64,000 nt of DNA from contig NC_134026.1 in NCBI RefSeq assembly GCF_964204645.1, forward strand, positions 7,835,950 through 7,899,949, in the 5' to 3' direction. Position numbers and translations under genes: made by a program. The notes below the pieces were generated by a model. It did not search any database and was not told the origin of the DNA. It was given only the letters and a program-made list of their open reading frames with translations. This DNA is from Tubulanus polymorphus (Eukaryota; Animalia; Nemertea). Below are positions 50,648 to 64,000 of this stretch, piece after piece (position 1 is the first letter of the stretch; each line of letters starts with the position of its first letter).

Positions 50648-50722
50648 TACTGGACCTATGGTCTAGTAATTAGCATGCTCGGCAGGCAAGCTGGATGTCT
50701 TGGTCTGGGGTTCGATTCCTAG
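50648..50722 (+). mobile_element. tRNA-derived SINE head fragment
   Basis: A-box-like tggtctagtaattagc and B-box ggggttcgattcct at tRNA-like spacing. Confidence 0.45.
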
Positions 50723-51480
50723 GGTTAGGGTTACGTGCGGGCTAGGTTAAGGGTTAGTCCTATGTTTTAGGCTGGTGAGCTCTTTTTGGAAGAAAAATTC
50801 CGTACTTGGTCAGTTTTAAAGATTTTCTCGCATCCCCTTTGAAATATTATATAGCGGGTATTGCTGAATAGTCACCACACACATGACTGGTCACCACACT
50901 GAAACTCCTCTCAATGATCTCTGAACCCCGGTCTCTCAATGGTCTAGTATCTACCACACATCCCGTATTTCCCTATTCGAATCTAGTTTAGGATTCAACT
51001 CCACTTGGAATAGAGGACTGCCCTTGTAATCTCCTGGGTACTGTTTTGTGTATCTACGTGGATTAATAATGAACTGATGCCATTTCTACCTGTGTGGAAT
51101 CGATAGATATTTTCTAACCCATTCAGATGTTATATTACGAAATATATCACCATTTACAATGAATTCTTGTACAACAAACATTGATATTCAATTTAGTTCA
51201 GTATTCATATTTTGCGCAATAAACTTTCACAAAGTCTGAGTAAACTGTGTTTGAATTCTGAAAATTGATTTATGTCCGCTGTTTAGAAGCTTACAAATGA
51301 ATTGTAACTGTAAAAAGACGTTAATGATTTCTTTATGTCGGAGTTAGATTAATTTTTCAGTACACGAAAAGAAACGGTCAATTCCAGTCATTCTCTGACA
51401 CTCTCAGGGAGTCAGCTTGGTGACCTCAGACACTCAGTAGGTTACAGTCTCGGGACGCTCTGAAACGATCCTCGTGAATC

Positions 51481-52434
51481 ATGAATTCAACTCAGATGAA
51501 TATCGGTCGATCGTATGGCAGTAACATTCTCATCATGTATGTGGTGAACAAAACTGGGATCTACCGTACTGTGTCATTGGTCATTCTGCCTATAGTGGGT
51601 CTCATAGGAGCCTTCGGAAATTCAGCTACTTTCCTAATAATGATAAGTCGCAGGTTCCACAGTTTATCTTACGCTAACTATCTTGTTATCTTGTCAGTCA
51701 GCGATCTTTCAATCTGTTTCAATTTTACACTGATGCCTGTTTTACAGTTTGTTCTCTTCCACGTTAAAAATGGTCCTATATTCATCATAAATTCGGTGAT
51801 CAGTTGTCAAATCTATGAATTTATAATGGCACTTGCCGGCTGTTATAGTTCATGGTTAATAGTAGCAATATCTCTAGAACGTGCGGCAGTTGTGCTCTTC
51901 CCGTTCACATCTCGTTTGATATGTACACCGAGATTCGCTAGATATGTTATATTGATAATTACTGCAGTGAATATACTGTTTATATATCTCACACCTGTTA
52001 TGTCGTTACATTTTACTGACCATCAGTTCTTTGGATGTTACTATAAATTATTTGACCAAATAACGTATTTTGAGATATTTGTCATCTACGTTTTCGTTTT
52101 GCCTTTATCTCTGATTCTAACATCAAATACTGTTATAATATTTCAGTTATTCAAAGGTTCAAAAATGGTTTCATCTGATCGGAAAACTACAAAATCGAAA
52201 CGTACAACGATAATGCTTGTAACAGTTTCACTCTCATTTACAATATTTACACTTCCAAATACTATAACTACATATTTACCAATCCCACCGGAAAAGAAAG
52301 AATTCCTTTATGACATTTATAATCAATTTCAAGTTTGTAATTATGCAACTAATTTTTACACATACCTTTTACTTGGACGAGAAATTCGTGAATATTTCTG
52401 TAAGAAAATCCGCTGTAGAAATTCAGTTAGATAA
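51481..52434 (+). CDS. Orphan class A GPCR, cluster copy 8, 317 aa
   Basis: Full 7TM ORF; TM7 NYATNFYTY shared with copy 4. Confidence 0.92.
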   Translation: MNSTQMNIGRSYGSNILIMYVVNKTGIYRTVSLVILPIVGLIGAFGNSATFLIMISRRFHSLSYANYLVILSVSDLSICFNFTLMPVLQFVLFHVKNGPIFIINSVISCQIYEFIMALAGCYSSWLIVAISLERAAVVLFPFTSRLICTPRFARYVILIITAVNILFIYLTPVMSLHFTDHQFFGCYYKLFDQITYFEIFVIYVFVLPLSLILTSNTVIIFQLFKGSKMVSSDRKTTKSKRTTIMLVTVSLSFTIFTLPNTITTYLPIPPEKKEFLYDIYNQFQVCNYATNFYTYLLLGREIREYFCKKIRCRNSVR

Positions 52435-52924
52435 CCATTGACTACAAATTTCGATTCACTTCATTAGAACTGTTATTGTGGACTGGTGAAATGTTCAGTT
52501 TATAATTACATTTTCTCTTGTCAAAATTCGTGAAAAAGCAATTCGTAAATATTTCTGTAATTACTATTATAGATTGAAATATGATTAGACAATTTTATGA
52601 TTTTAATCAATTCCGTCCAGTAATTTAGAAGTATTGCTTCAGAATTATAGAAGTCATGAACACAGACACATGTACGGGTATATTAGAATAAATGGTCGCT
52701 ATACGGATGGTTTTAACACAATGAGATAATATATTACCGATACGCACTTACACACGGACACAGAATCGATCAAATCAACGTCCACATGCAAAGAATATTG
52801 AAATAATAAGATTTTGATACCGATATTATTTAGATGCTCATTATCCAAGTCTAAGATGAAAACAACGTCGACTGGTGAACTAACTGACATCGTGCACTGA
52901 CTCTCACCCAGATTCATGCATAAA

Positions 52925-53327
52925 CCTGCTTTTCGGATGTTACTATGAATTAACTGACCAAATAACATATTTCACCATAAGCGTCATTTACGTTAACATT
53001 CTACCTTTATCTTTGATTGTAATGTCGAATTCTGTTATAATAATTCAGTTGTTCAGAGGTTCAAAAATGTTTTCGTCTTATCAGATATCTACAAAATCAA
53101 AACGTACATTAATAATGCTTGTAACAGTTTCACTCACATTTGCAATATTCACACTCCCATCCACTATTATTGTATTTTGACATATCTCACCGGAATACAG
53201 AGCTTTTTTATATGACATCATAGCACAATTTCATCTTTGTAACTTTGTGGTAAATTTCTACATATATCTTTTACTGGGGCGAGAAATTCGTGTATATTTC
53301 TGTAAAAAAATCTCCTGTAGAAATTGA
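52925..53327 (+). pseudogene. 5'-truncated GPCR copy (ECL2 to C-terminus only), closest to copy 9
   Basis: cttttcggatgttactatgaattaactgac... through ...tcctgtagaaattga aligns with 55684-56082; no upstream TM1-4. Confidence 0.88.
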
Positions 53328-55140
53328 GGCTAATAACGAATGAAGTTTGATTCACATCTTTCAAATTTAGTACAACTGTTGACTGGTTACAGTGACATTC
53401 CGTGAATTACATCTTATTGTTGATTTGTACAACTGCATACGATATAAGTTTCACCCAATTAAAATCACCTTTCCACAAATCATTGGATTTTTAGTTGCTA
53501 ATTTTTCTACACAACACGCACAAATACAAATACAGATAGACAAACAAACTATCGCTAAAATTTCCTTCAGTTATCATTAAATTATCCGGTAAGTGAGATG
53601 CTTGTCCAACTCATCGAACCCCTGGTCAGTTGTGATGTTCCTGTTTAGATATAGTAATTCATTATAAAATCATCATTCTGACGTCACTTAGAACGGATTG
53701 AAATTGTGCAATTATTTTCCAAACTGTTCACATCTTACACATTTGATATTTGACATTTACAATGAATTCTTGTACAACGAATATATACAGTTACATTTAG
53801 ATTTTGCACAGTGATGACCTTTCTAAACCAGTCTATTGGGTGTTACTATACATGAATTACGGTCACGACCTCGACTTGTCGCGAGGAAAAGAAACAAAAA
53901 AAATTTACAGGGGGAGGGGGGTCAAAGCAAAATGTACGTACTTTTCTGAGGGGCCCTCTTAAAAAAAGAACGTATATACTTAACGAGAGATATCGAGAGA
54001 CAAGAGATATCAGAAATTATGTCATACCCCAGTGATACAAAATACTGAATCCTTATATCATCGTCGCTATTAAATTTTAGCGACTATCTCGGGATTTTTC
54101 AATTAATGGTAGGTCAACAACTTAAGCATAATATCATGCAATTCGTTGGTTGATGGGGGGCGCTTTCAAAATGAACGTACGGGTGGTGTGGTCAATAAAT
54201 AAGTATTAAGATCGAACAAGGGGAGGGGCCCTAAAAACCGCTGGGGCAAAATTTTCCATTTACCACAGACAGGTCAGACTGGGTCGGGCAGGTGTGGGGT
54301 AAGTTCCAAGAACCCTGAACATTTCAAGCATTTAGATTCATTTCCCATGTTTCCCGGCCAATTAAAGTGAATGTATTTCGTAAGCAAAAAAAAATTACAG
54401 CCTCAGGATTCGGGATTGATCACAACCAACATACCCGTGCGCTCAACGAGAAAGCCGTCCACTGGACGGGTATTCAGCTAGTATGAGATGGGGATAATTT
54501 AAACTTTGAATACCATGAATATCAATATGAAACCAAAAAAAGTTTTAGTCGTTCTCTTGCTTGAATTTAGCGTGTAGCCCATCTATTATATCATCATCAG
54601 CGCCATTTGCGTTGTCAGATGAACTATGCGATGTGAAAATTCTACAAGTTTACACTTTTCAATCATTCATCTTTCAACAATCTATCACTTATTACAGAAA
54701 ACATATACAGATTGCTGAAATATTAAACGCTATCATAAATGCTGAATTTTACTTGGATTCTTCTGGCTTGATCTGATTCGGAAAGTACATCAAAACGAAT
54801 GATAGTACAGCATGTAGGAATTCATTGTGATATCATTCTGTTAGATAACGAATTGAACTTGTGGAAGCATTTCCCAACCGGTTCAGATGTTTTACTATAC
54901 GATATTTCACCATTTACAATCAACTCTTATACAACGAATATTGATATCTTATTTAGTTACACAATAATATTGTTTCAAATATTTGAATGAATTATGTTAT
55001 ATCAGAAACCATTTATTGTGTTAGATTTCTGCGAAATAATTTCTATTCACTGTTAACAAATACATTGGGAGCTTCCATAGATAAGACATCATGAACTCTG
55101 TAATATGGATTCAAATTGGATGAAATCACATTCGCGAAAC

Positions 55141-56082
55141 ATGAATTCGACTGCGGTGCCTATTGGTAGACCTTATAACAGTTACATCGTTCTCATGTCT
55201 GTGGTGAACAGGTCTGGAATTTACCGTACTGTGTCACTGGTCATGCTTCCTGTTTTGTTCATGTTTGGAGCCTTTGGAAATTCAGCTACTTTCCTGATAA
55301 TGATAAGTCGCAGATTCCGCAATCTGTCTTACGCTAACTATCTTGTCATTTTGTCTATTACTGATTTTATGTACTGCATCTGTTTAACACTGATGCCTGT
55401 TTTACAGTTTGTTCTATTGCATGTTAAAGGTGGTCCAATATTCATGATGAATTCACTGATCAGTTGTCGAATATATGGATTTACGATGGCGTTTGCAGTC
55501 TGCACTAGTTCGTGGTTAATAGTAGCTATATCTCTAGAACGTGCGGCAGTTGTGCTCTTCCCGTTCACATCTCGTTTGATATGTACACCGAGATTTGCTA
55601 GATTTACTATATTGATAATTATTGCGGTGAATGCACTAGTTATGTATCTAACACCTATATTGTCGTTACATCTTACTGACCAGCTTTTCGGATGTTACTA
55701 TGAATTGACTGACCAAATTACATATTTCACCATAAGCGTCATTTACGTTAACATTCTACCATTATCTTTGATTCTAATAACGAATTCTGTTATAATTATT
55801 CAATTGTTCAGAGGTTCAAAAATGTTTTCGTCTTATCAGAAATCTACAAAATCAAAACGTACAATAATAATGCTCGTAACAGTTTCACTCACATTTGCGA
55901 TGTTCACACTCCCAACCACTATTATTGTATTTTTACATATCTCACCAGAATACAGAGCTTTTTTATATGACATTTTAGCACAATTTCATCTTTGTAACTT
56001 TGTGGTAAATTTCTACATATATCTTTTACTGGGGCGAGAAATTCGTGAATATTTCTGTAAAAAGATCTCTTGTAGAAATTGA
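55141..56082 (+). CDS. Orphan class A GPCR, cluster copy 9, 313 aa (alternative in-frame ATG at 55105 gives 325 aa)
   Basis: Full 7TM ORF. Confidence 0.9.
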   Translation: MNSTAVPIGRPYNSYIVLMSVVNRSGIYRTVSLVMLPVLFMFGAFGNSATFLIMISRRFRNLSYANYLVILSITDFMYCICLTLMPVLQFVLLHVKGGPIFMMNSLISCRIYGFTMAFAVCTSSWLIVAISLERAAVVLFPFTSRLICTPRFARFTILIIIAVNALVMYLTPILSLHLTDQLFGCYYELTDQITYFTISVIYVNILPLSLILITNSVIIIQLFRGSKMFSSYQKSTKSKRTIIMLVTVSLTFAMFTLPTTIIVFLHISPEYRAFLYDILAQFHLCNFVVNFYIYLLLGREIREYFCKKISCRN

Positions 56083-56291
56083 GGCATATAACGAATGTTT
56101 GTGTGATAATATGACGGTTTGTAGGTGTGCCACCAATAAATCCTAGAATGTCATGTATTTCACAATTTTCTAGACTGATTTCCTTAACCACCAAAGTGTT
56201 TATAAATTTATACGGTTATAAAATTCTAATGGTAAACAGGTTGTGCTAAACGCCAAAACGAAAAAAAAATTCTCTGAAATTCCGTTTTGGC

Positions 56292-57785
56292 GTCAATGTA
56301 TGATTTTGTAATGGCGCTTGCATTTGCGAATAGTTCGTGATTGAGCAATATTTCTAGAACGTGCGGTGTATATTATCATACATTGATTAACAAAATAACA
56401 TATTCTCAATTTGCGATATACGTCGTGGAGACAGGGGCACATTGATCATACGTTCACATTGAGACGCCATTGATAGAAAGAACCACTGCGGTAAAACAAT
56501 TTGTTCACACATTTTGTAGATCTGTAAGGAAGCTTGATTTTTTTAAAAATAATTTTCCGCAAAAGCAAATGAACAGGACCAAAAAAAATTTTGATTTTTC
56601 GAATTTCTGATTTTCGAGTGTAATATTCGAACGGACTATAATAATTCTATATTCGCTATGTGTTAAATTATCTGAATTACGTATATAACTAAAAGACATA
56701 GTAGTTCACTCCAAATACAGGACCATTTCGAAATCTTATTTACCAATTTTCCAAGATAGGCTCATGAAATTCACAGGAAAAGCTTGCGGGGCACTTCGAG
56801 ACACACCTTCCGGGGCACATTGAACCTATTTCTCAATGTGCGCCGCGTATTTTTCAGTAGTTACCAAATGCTTTCAAATAACCCTCCAGGGCCCAAAAAC
56901 GATTACGGCCTAAAACGATTTAAGATAAACTGAATTAATGAAGAAATTCAATCGATTTATGAGTTAAACCTTTTTGTGAAACTGGGCCCAGGACATGGTT
57001 CCCACCTACACTCTGAACGTTGTAAAGATGAGCATGGTTAACTGTTGTAAAACAGATGGTTAACTTATGAAAAGAGCAATAGTTTTGTTTGTTTTCAAAG
57101 CAGCAGTGTGAATGCTACATTAAGTCTCATTTTGAGTTTGTAATTCTATTGATTCATGAAAACGTTCTGATAAATTGTTTTGTCAAAATTGGTGACTACT
57201 GTGATACTTTGGTCATGTATCATTCTTCCCGTTGGGTGTCTGAAGTTACCTCGGAAGCGGGATAATTTGAGCCACAATTTTACGTATTTTCAAAATTTTC
57301 TATTTTTTCCACATTTTCTATGGAAGCGTCCTGGGGACATCATTTAGGAATGATAAAAATCTTATTCTTAGTTGACATAATAAAATAATGAATATAAAAT
57401 TGTCGTGATTTGTGAACTGCGGTGAATACCGACCGAATAACGCCGTGTAACTCTACACACGCACTATAATGCCGTCTACTGGACTAGCGACAAAAATGCC
57501 TCAACCTGCATTACTATTACTGCCCGGGTCCCCCTTGATACGCGTATATTCTACAATTATCTTTGATTCTAATATCAAAATCGGTAACAATTATTTCAGT
57601 TATTCAGTGGTTCAAATTTGTTTTCATCTGATCAGGAAACTACAACATCAAATCGTACAACAATAATGCTTGTAACAGTTTCACTCGCATTTGCAACATT
57701 CACACTCCCAACCACTATCATTACATTTTTACCAATCTCACCAGAAAAGAGGGAATTTCTATATGATGTTTTCACTCAATTTCAA

Positions 57786-57790
<5 letters not shown>
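56292..57790 (+). pseudogene. GPCR pseudogene split by a 1.1-kb insertion and truncated in TM7 by the compound microsatellite
   Basis: TM3/ECL2 remnants at 56292-56420; TM5-TM7 remnant at 57539-57790 (TTIMLVTVSLAFATFTLP...FTQFQI). Confidence 0.8.
56421..57538. mobile_element. Degenerate DNA-transposon-like insertion (TA TSD) within the GPCR pseudogene
   Basis: GPCR sequence resumes colinearly on both sides (…gcgataTA | TAcgcgtatattcta…); weak TIR-like ends ggagacaggggca / tgcccgggtcccc. Confidence 0.55.
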
Positions 57791-58484
<694 letters not shown>

Positions 58485-59056
58485 CTGGATTTTAATAAAT
58501 GGGAACACGTGTATGGATAGATCAGAGAGCTGCCCTTGAGAACTCCTGGCTACTGTTCTGTCGTTCTATGTATTCATGTGTGGTTGAATAATGAACTGAT
58601 GCTATTTGGACCGGTGTTTTCCCTGTTTAGAACTGATAACATTTTCAAAACCGTTCAGATGTTTTACTAAAATCGATTTCCCATTTTACAGTGAATACTT
58701 ACGTGTAAAATGAATAGTTATGTTTAATTCTACATTTATATTTCACACCATTAGAGACTTTCACAAATCTTATTAGATTGTGTCAGATGATTGATTTTCT
58801 GTTCACTGTTCACAATAAAATCTTCTGTAGACACACCCAGATGGTCAATACAGTCAGCAAACTCTCAGAGAGTCAGAACAATGCGAATTTTATCGCAGCG
58901 AATATTTTCGCACAGTGTGTCCCGTGAGATGCGAATTTCGCCGCGAACCACTCGAAATCGAACCAGTCAATGACGAGCAACAACAACAACAATTTCGAAA
59001 TTCGCCGCGAATAAATTCGCAGTGAAAATCGCAATGTGTGTTCAGGGATCTGCATC

Positions 59057-60007
59057 ATGAATTCAACTCAGATGCAAATCGGTCGAACTTTCATAAGTTA
59101 CATCGTTCTCATGTCCGTGGGGAACAGGTCTGGAATCTACCTCACTGTATCGTTGGTCATTCTGCCTATCGCGTTCGTGTTTGGCGCGTTTGGAAATTCA
59201 GCTACTTTCCTGATAATGATAAGTCGCAGATTCCGCAGTTTATCTTACGCTAACTATCTTATTATTTTGTCTCTCTGTGATTCCATGTACTGCATCACCG
59301 TAACACTGATGCCTGTTTTACAGTTTGTTCTTTTGCGCGTCAAAGGTAATCCTATATTCATCATGAATTCACAGATCAGTTGTCAAATATATGAATTTGT
59401 AATGGCACTTGCATGCTGCAATAGTGCGTGGTTAATAGTAGCAATATCTCTAGAACGTGCGGCAGTTGTGCTGTTCCCCTTCACATCTCGTTTGATATGT
59501 ACACCGAGATTTGCTAGATTTGCAATATTGATAATCACGGCAATGAATGCACTGGTTCTATATCTTCTACCTACTATTTCAATATACTTTAAGGATCCAT
59601 CGTTCGGATGTTACTTCGAATTAATTGATCAAATTACATATTTTTCCATATTTGTCATCTATGGGTATAGCTTTCCGTTATCTTTGATAATAATATCAAA
59701 TTCTGTTATAATAATTCAGTTATTTAGAGGCTCAAAATTAGTTCGGTCTGATCAGAAAACTACAAAATCAAAACGTACAACAATAATGCTTGTAACAGTT
59801 TCACTTGCATTTGCGATGTTTACACTTCCAAACACTATTACTACATTTTTACCAGTCGCACCAGAACAGAGAGATTTTTTATATGATGTTTTCTTTAACT
59901 TTTACGTTTGTAACTATGCGGTAAATTTCTACATATATCTTTTACTGGGACGAGAAATTCGTGAATATTTCTGTATGAAAATCCGCTGTAGAAATTCAGA
60001 CAAATAA
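59057..60007 (+). CDS. Orphan class A GPCR, cluster copy 10, 316 aa
   Basis: Full 7TM ORF from MNSTQMQ; close paralog of copies 5 and 6. Confidence 0.92.
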   Translation: MNSTQMQIGRTFISYIVLMSVGNRSGIYLTVSLVILPIAFVFGAFGNSATFLIMISRRFRSLSYANYLIILSLCDSMYCITVTLMPVLQFVLLRVKGNPIFIMNSQISCQIYEFVMALACCNSAWLIVAISLERAAVVLFPFTSRLICTPRFARFAILIITAMNALVLYLLPTISIYFKDPSFGCYFELIDQITYFSIFVIYGYSFPLSLIIISNSVIIIQLFRGSKLVRSDQKTTKSKRTTIMLVTVSLAFAMFTLPNTITTFLPVAPEQRDFLYDVFFNFYVCNYAVNFYIYLLLGREIREYFCMKIRCRNSDK

Positions 60008-60869
60008 CATTTATTTCAAGTGTGATTCACGTAGACAACTTTAAAAGCGTCTAAAATAGGATGATTGTCCCTTTAATCTTTTGGTTTATTGATTTAGTTT
60101 GTTCCATTACTTATAAACCTTCACTCCTGGATTGAAGCACTGATATTCTTGCATACAAGAAAGATATTTTTCTAGGCTGTAAAGGGCCTGGTGGGTTGGT
60201 TTTGTTCCAAAGCGCAAATAAGATATAGAACCAACGCGTGGGTGCAAGACGTTTATGGTTAAGTTCATTTATTTCACAGAAAGGAACATATAATACTATA
60301 TACAATTGCAGGCCGGAGAAATGTGCTAGACATCAATTACGTAGATAGATACTTTATTACATAACTTTGGGATTTGACAAGTTCTTCAAAACTGGCCCCT
60401 CAATGAGGGAGTACACCTGCTCTTTTCATATTTGGCAAGTCCTTCAAAATTGGCCTGCGGATCCACCCCACAAAACATCTTATGGACATCTTCATCGCCA
60501 AGAGGTGCTTCAAAAAAATAATTTTCGGTGAAAATCTCTTATGGAATTATCTATGATTGGAACTTAAAGAATCAAAAGTATATTCTTAGGAAGCACTAAT
60601 AGGAGACAGTAATTCGGGTTATAAAATCTCCCCCTCATGTTATTATCTAAATCAACAGCCTGAATGTTGCTCAAACTGTCGAAATCCATCTAAAACAAGG
60701 AAATTTGATAAAAAAGCATAATAATAATAACAATAATAATTATCTTTAGTCTTCATAGAAATTGAAACAATTCATTTAACATAATATGCATGCATAGATA
60801 TAAAAACAAGTATGAATATAGCTGCAAAGCAGCGATAACGGGTTTTCTGCACAGTCTTAGAATCCTGTT

Positions 60870-61140
60870 CAAAACGGTGGATTTCAACAAAGCATTTGAT
60901 AAGGCTCAACATCAGCCATTACTAAAGAGGCTATTAGGGAACAGTATCAATGATAGGTCGCCCAAATGGCTCAGCAGTTATCTCTGAACGGAAACTTGTA
61001 ACCGAAATCAACGGAACGCCTCATCTTGGAATGAGACGGTCTAACTAGTGGAGTCACGCAAGGTAGTATCCTAAGTCGTCTTCTGTTTAATGTCCTGACA
61101 AATGACATACACAGTAATCCAAAATATACCAGACCGAGTA
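60870..61140 (+). mobile_element. Old CR1-like LINE reverse-transcriptase fragment
   Basis: VDFNKAFDK..H..LL..L...WLSSYL, then after frameshifts SGVTQGSILSRLLFNVLTNDI. Confidence 0.75.
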
Positions 61141-61189
61141 AATTTCCGAAACGACCTTAACACACTGTTCGACCAAAAAACTTAATGTT

Positions 61190-64000
61190 CCGACAAAACC
61201 ACAGGGACAAAACCAAAATTATGAATTGTCGCGGGTGACAAAACCAAGATATTGAATTGTCACGGGCGACAAAACAAAAATAATGAATTGTCGCGGGCGA
61301 TTAAACCAAAATATTGAACTGTCGCGGGCGATAAAACCACAATAATGAATTGTCGCGGGCGTTAAAACCAAAATATTGAATTGTCGCGGCGATAAAACCA
61401 AAATAATGAATTGTCGCGGACGACAAAAACAAAATATTGAATTGTTGCGTGCGACAAAACCAGAAAAATGAATTGTCGCGGGCGACAAAACCAAACTAGG
61501 GGTCCAGGGACACCATGCTCACTTGGGAAGTGGTTTCAAATGCTCAACAATCTAACAATTTCAATACATAACGCCCTCTTGTGACCATATACAAAAATCA
61601 ATGACCTTGAAACCCACCACAATCATAGAACATGTGAGCAGCTATGATTTTGTAATTGATTGTGATAACAAAATATGCCTCGTTACCAATTTAATATGGA
61701 AATACTAAGTTATTCTACTATTCAACGCCCCCTAGTGACTATATGGAATAACTAATGTCCTTAAAAACTCACCACAATCATAGACGATGTCATGATCTAC
61801 AACTTTGCAATGGATCATGGTAACAAACTATGCCTAGGTACCAATCTAATAAGGAAAAACTGAGCTTTTCTACTATTCAACGCCCCCCTGGTGATTATAA
61901 AGAATAACTAATGTCCTTAAAAACTCACAACAATCATAGACGATGTCATGAACTACAACTTTGCAATTGATCATGGTAACAAAATATACAAATATAATAT
62001 AGCAATACTAAGTTATTGTATTATTCAACGCCCCCTGATGGCCACATACTAAAACCAATGACCTTGAAACTCACCAAAATCATAGAACACGTTATGGGCT
62101 TCAACTTTCCAATTGAATGGACGGACGGACGAAAAGTGAACACAATAGCCCGCTGGGACTAAAGTCCCAAGTGGACTGAAAAAGAATTGTCGCGGGCGAC
62201 AAAACCAAACTAATGAATTGTCGCGGGTGATAAAACCAAAATATTGAATTGTCGCGGGCGACAAAACCAAACTAATGAATTGTTGCAGGCGATAAAACCA
62301 AACTAATGAATTGTCGCAGGCGAAATAACAAAAGTATTGAATTGTCGCGGGCAATAAAACCAAAATAATGAATTGTCTCGGGCGATAGAACCAAAATAAT
62401 GAATTGTCGCGGGCGACAAAACCAAAATAATGAATTGTCGCGGGTGATAAAACCAAAATAATGAATTGTCTCGGGCGACAAAACCAAAATAATGAATTGT
62501 CGCGGACGATAAAAACAAAATATTGAATTGTCGCGGGCGATAAAACCAAAATAATGAATTATCGCGGGCGATAAAACCAAAATATTGAATTGTCGCGGGC
62601 GATAAAACCAAAATAATGAATTGTCGCGGGCGACAAAACCAAAAAAAAAATTGTCGCGGGCGACAAAAACAAAGTATAAAACCAAAATAATGAATTGTCG
62701 CGGGCGTCAAAACCAAAAACAAGAATTGTCGCGGGCGACAAAACCAAAATAATGAATTGTCGCTGGAGATAAAACCAAAGTAATGAATTGTCGTGGGCGA
62801 TAAAACCAAAATATTGAATTGTCGCGGGCGACAAAACCAAACTAATGAATTGTCGCGGCAACAAAACCAAAAAAAGAATTGTCGGGGCGACAAAACCAAA
62901 ATAATGAATTGTCGCGGGCGACAAAACCAAAATGGTGAATTGTCCAGGCGACAAGATCAAAATATTGAATTGTCGCGGGCGATAAAATCAAAATAATGAA
63001 TTGTCGCGGGCGATTAAACTAAAATAATGAATTGTCTCGGGCGACAAAACAAAAATAATGAATTGTCGTGGGCGATAAAACCAAAATAATGAATTATCGT
63101 GGGCGATAAAACCAAAATATTGAATTGTCACGGTTGATAAAACCAAAATAATGAATTGTCGCGGGCGACAAAACCAAAATATTGAATTGTCGCGGGCGAC
63201 AAAACCAAAATATTGTGTCTAGGGTAGATACATGTATAAACCAAATATCAAGACATTACCTTGAAGCGTCTTCAAAACTTCCCAAAATAACTGGATTCCG
63301 TCTATGGACGGACGGACGAAAAGTGAACACAATAGCCCGCTGGGACTAAAGTCCCAAAAGGACTGAAAAAGAATTGTCGCGGGCGACAAAACCAAACTAA
63401 TGAATTGTCGCGGGTGATAAAACCAAAATATTGAATTGTCGCGGGCGACAAAACCAAACTAATGAATTGTTGCAGGCGATAAAACCAAACTAATGAATTG
63501 TCGCAGGCGATATAACAAAAAATATTGAATTGTCGCGGGCAATAAAACCAAAATAATGAATTGTCTCGGGCGATAGAACCAAAATAATGAATTGTCGCGG
63601 GCGACAAAACCAAAATAATGAATTGTCGCGGGTGATAAAACCAAAATAATGAATTGTCTCGGGCGACAAAACCAAAATAATGAATTGTCGCGGACGATAA
63701 AAACAAAATATTGAATTGTCGCGGGCGATAAAACCAAAATAATGAATTATCGCGGGCGATAAAACCAAAATATTGAATTGTCGCGGGCGATAAAACCAAA
63801 ATAATGAATTGTCGCGGGCGACAAAACCAAAAAAAAAATTGTCGCGGGTGACAAAAACAAAGTATAAAACCAAAATAATGAATTGTCGCGGGCGTCAAAA
63901 CCAAAAACAAGAATTGTCGTGGGCGACAAAACCAAAATAATGAATTGTCGCTGGAGATAAAACCAAAGTAATGAATTGTCGTGGGCGATAAAACCAAAAT
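61190..64000 (+). repeat. 31-bp minisatellite (AATTGTCGCGGGCGACAAAACCAAAATAATG) in three blocks: about 61190-61495, 62183-63215 and 63370 to the window end
   Basis: Direct periodicity; each unit has an internal hairpin TTGTCG-cggg-CGACAA; 62118-62820 is duplicated at 63305-64000. Confidence 0.95.
61495..62182 (+). mobile_element. Non-autonomous Helentron-like (HINE/DINE-1/pearl-type) element with satellite-like core repeats of about 155 bp
   Basis: About 4 diverged core repeats (attcaacgccccc..gtga..aactcaccacaatcataga), a (GGAC)n microsatellite, and a terminal stem-loop tgggact-aa-agtccca before an A run. The same 3' end recurs at 63305-63370. Confidence 0.6.

Noticed and set aside
50719-50760. 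Interstitial telomere (TTAGGG-like)
   Set aside because: Only two or three degenerate units next to a SINE head.
61190-64000. CRISPR-like look of 31-bp palindromic repeats
   Set aside because: Units are directly adjacent with no unique spacers, there are no cas genes, and the context is eukaryotic; it is a minisatellite. The many minus-strand ORFs here are repeat artefacts.

Overview
AT-rich eukaryotic (animal, most likely marine invertebrate/lophotrochozoan-like; inference) genomic DNA. The window is dominated by a young tandem expansion of single-exon rhodopsin-class (class A) GPCR genes of one orphan subfamily: 10 intact ORFs of about 312-325 aa, at least 3 pseudogene or partial copies, and at least one orphan upstream module with no CDS. 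The copies carry an ERA variant of the DRY motif and an NFYIY variant of NPxxY, share a duplicated upstream non-coding module, and show mosaic or chimeric structure. Also present are an intronless SPSB3-like SPRY/SOCS-box gene, a frameshifted FMRFamide/peptide-receptor-like GPCR of a different family, and a decayed full-length 5.1-kb LINE. The LINE has an empty site visible in a paralog and an ORF1 combining CCHC knuckles with an SGNH-esterase-like domain. Other mobile and repeat features are a 2.56-kb Foldback/Mutator-like element with a 10-bp TSD, several MITEs with TSDs, a tRNA-derived SINE, Helentron-like non-autonomous elements in a 31-bp minisatellite, and a very AT-rich virus/Polinton-like fragment at the left edge. 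A stepwise 'gradient' compound microsatellite has a completely different motif set in its paralogous copy. There is no prokaryotic system and no CRISPR array. All family assignments come from motif recognition by eye, not database searches.
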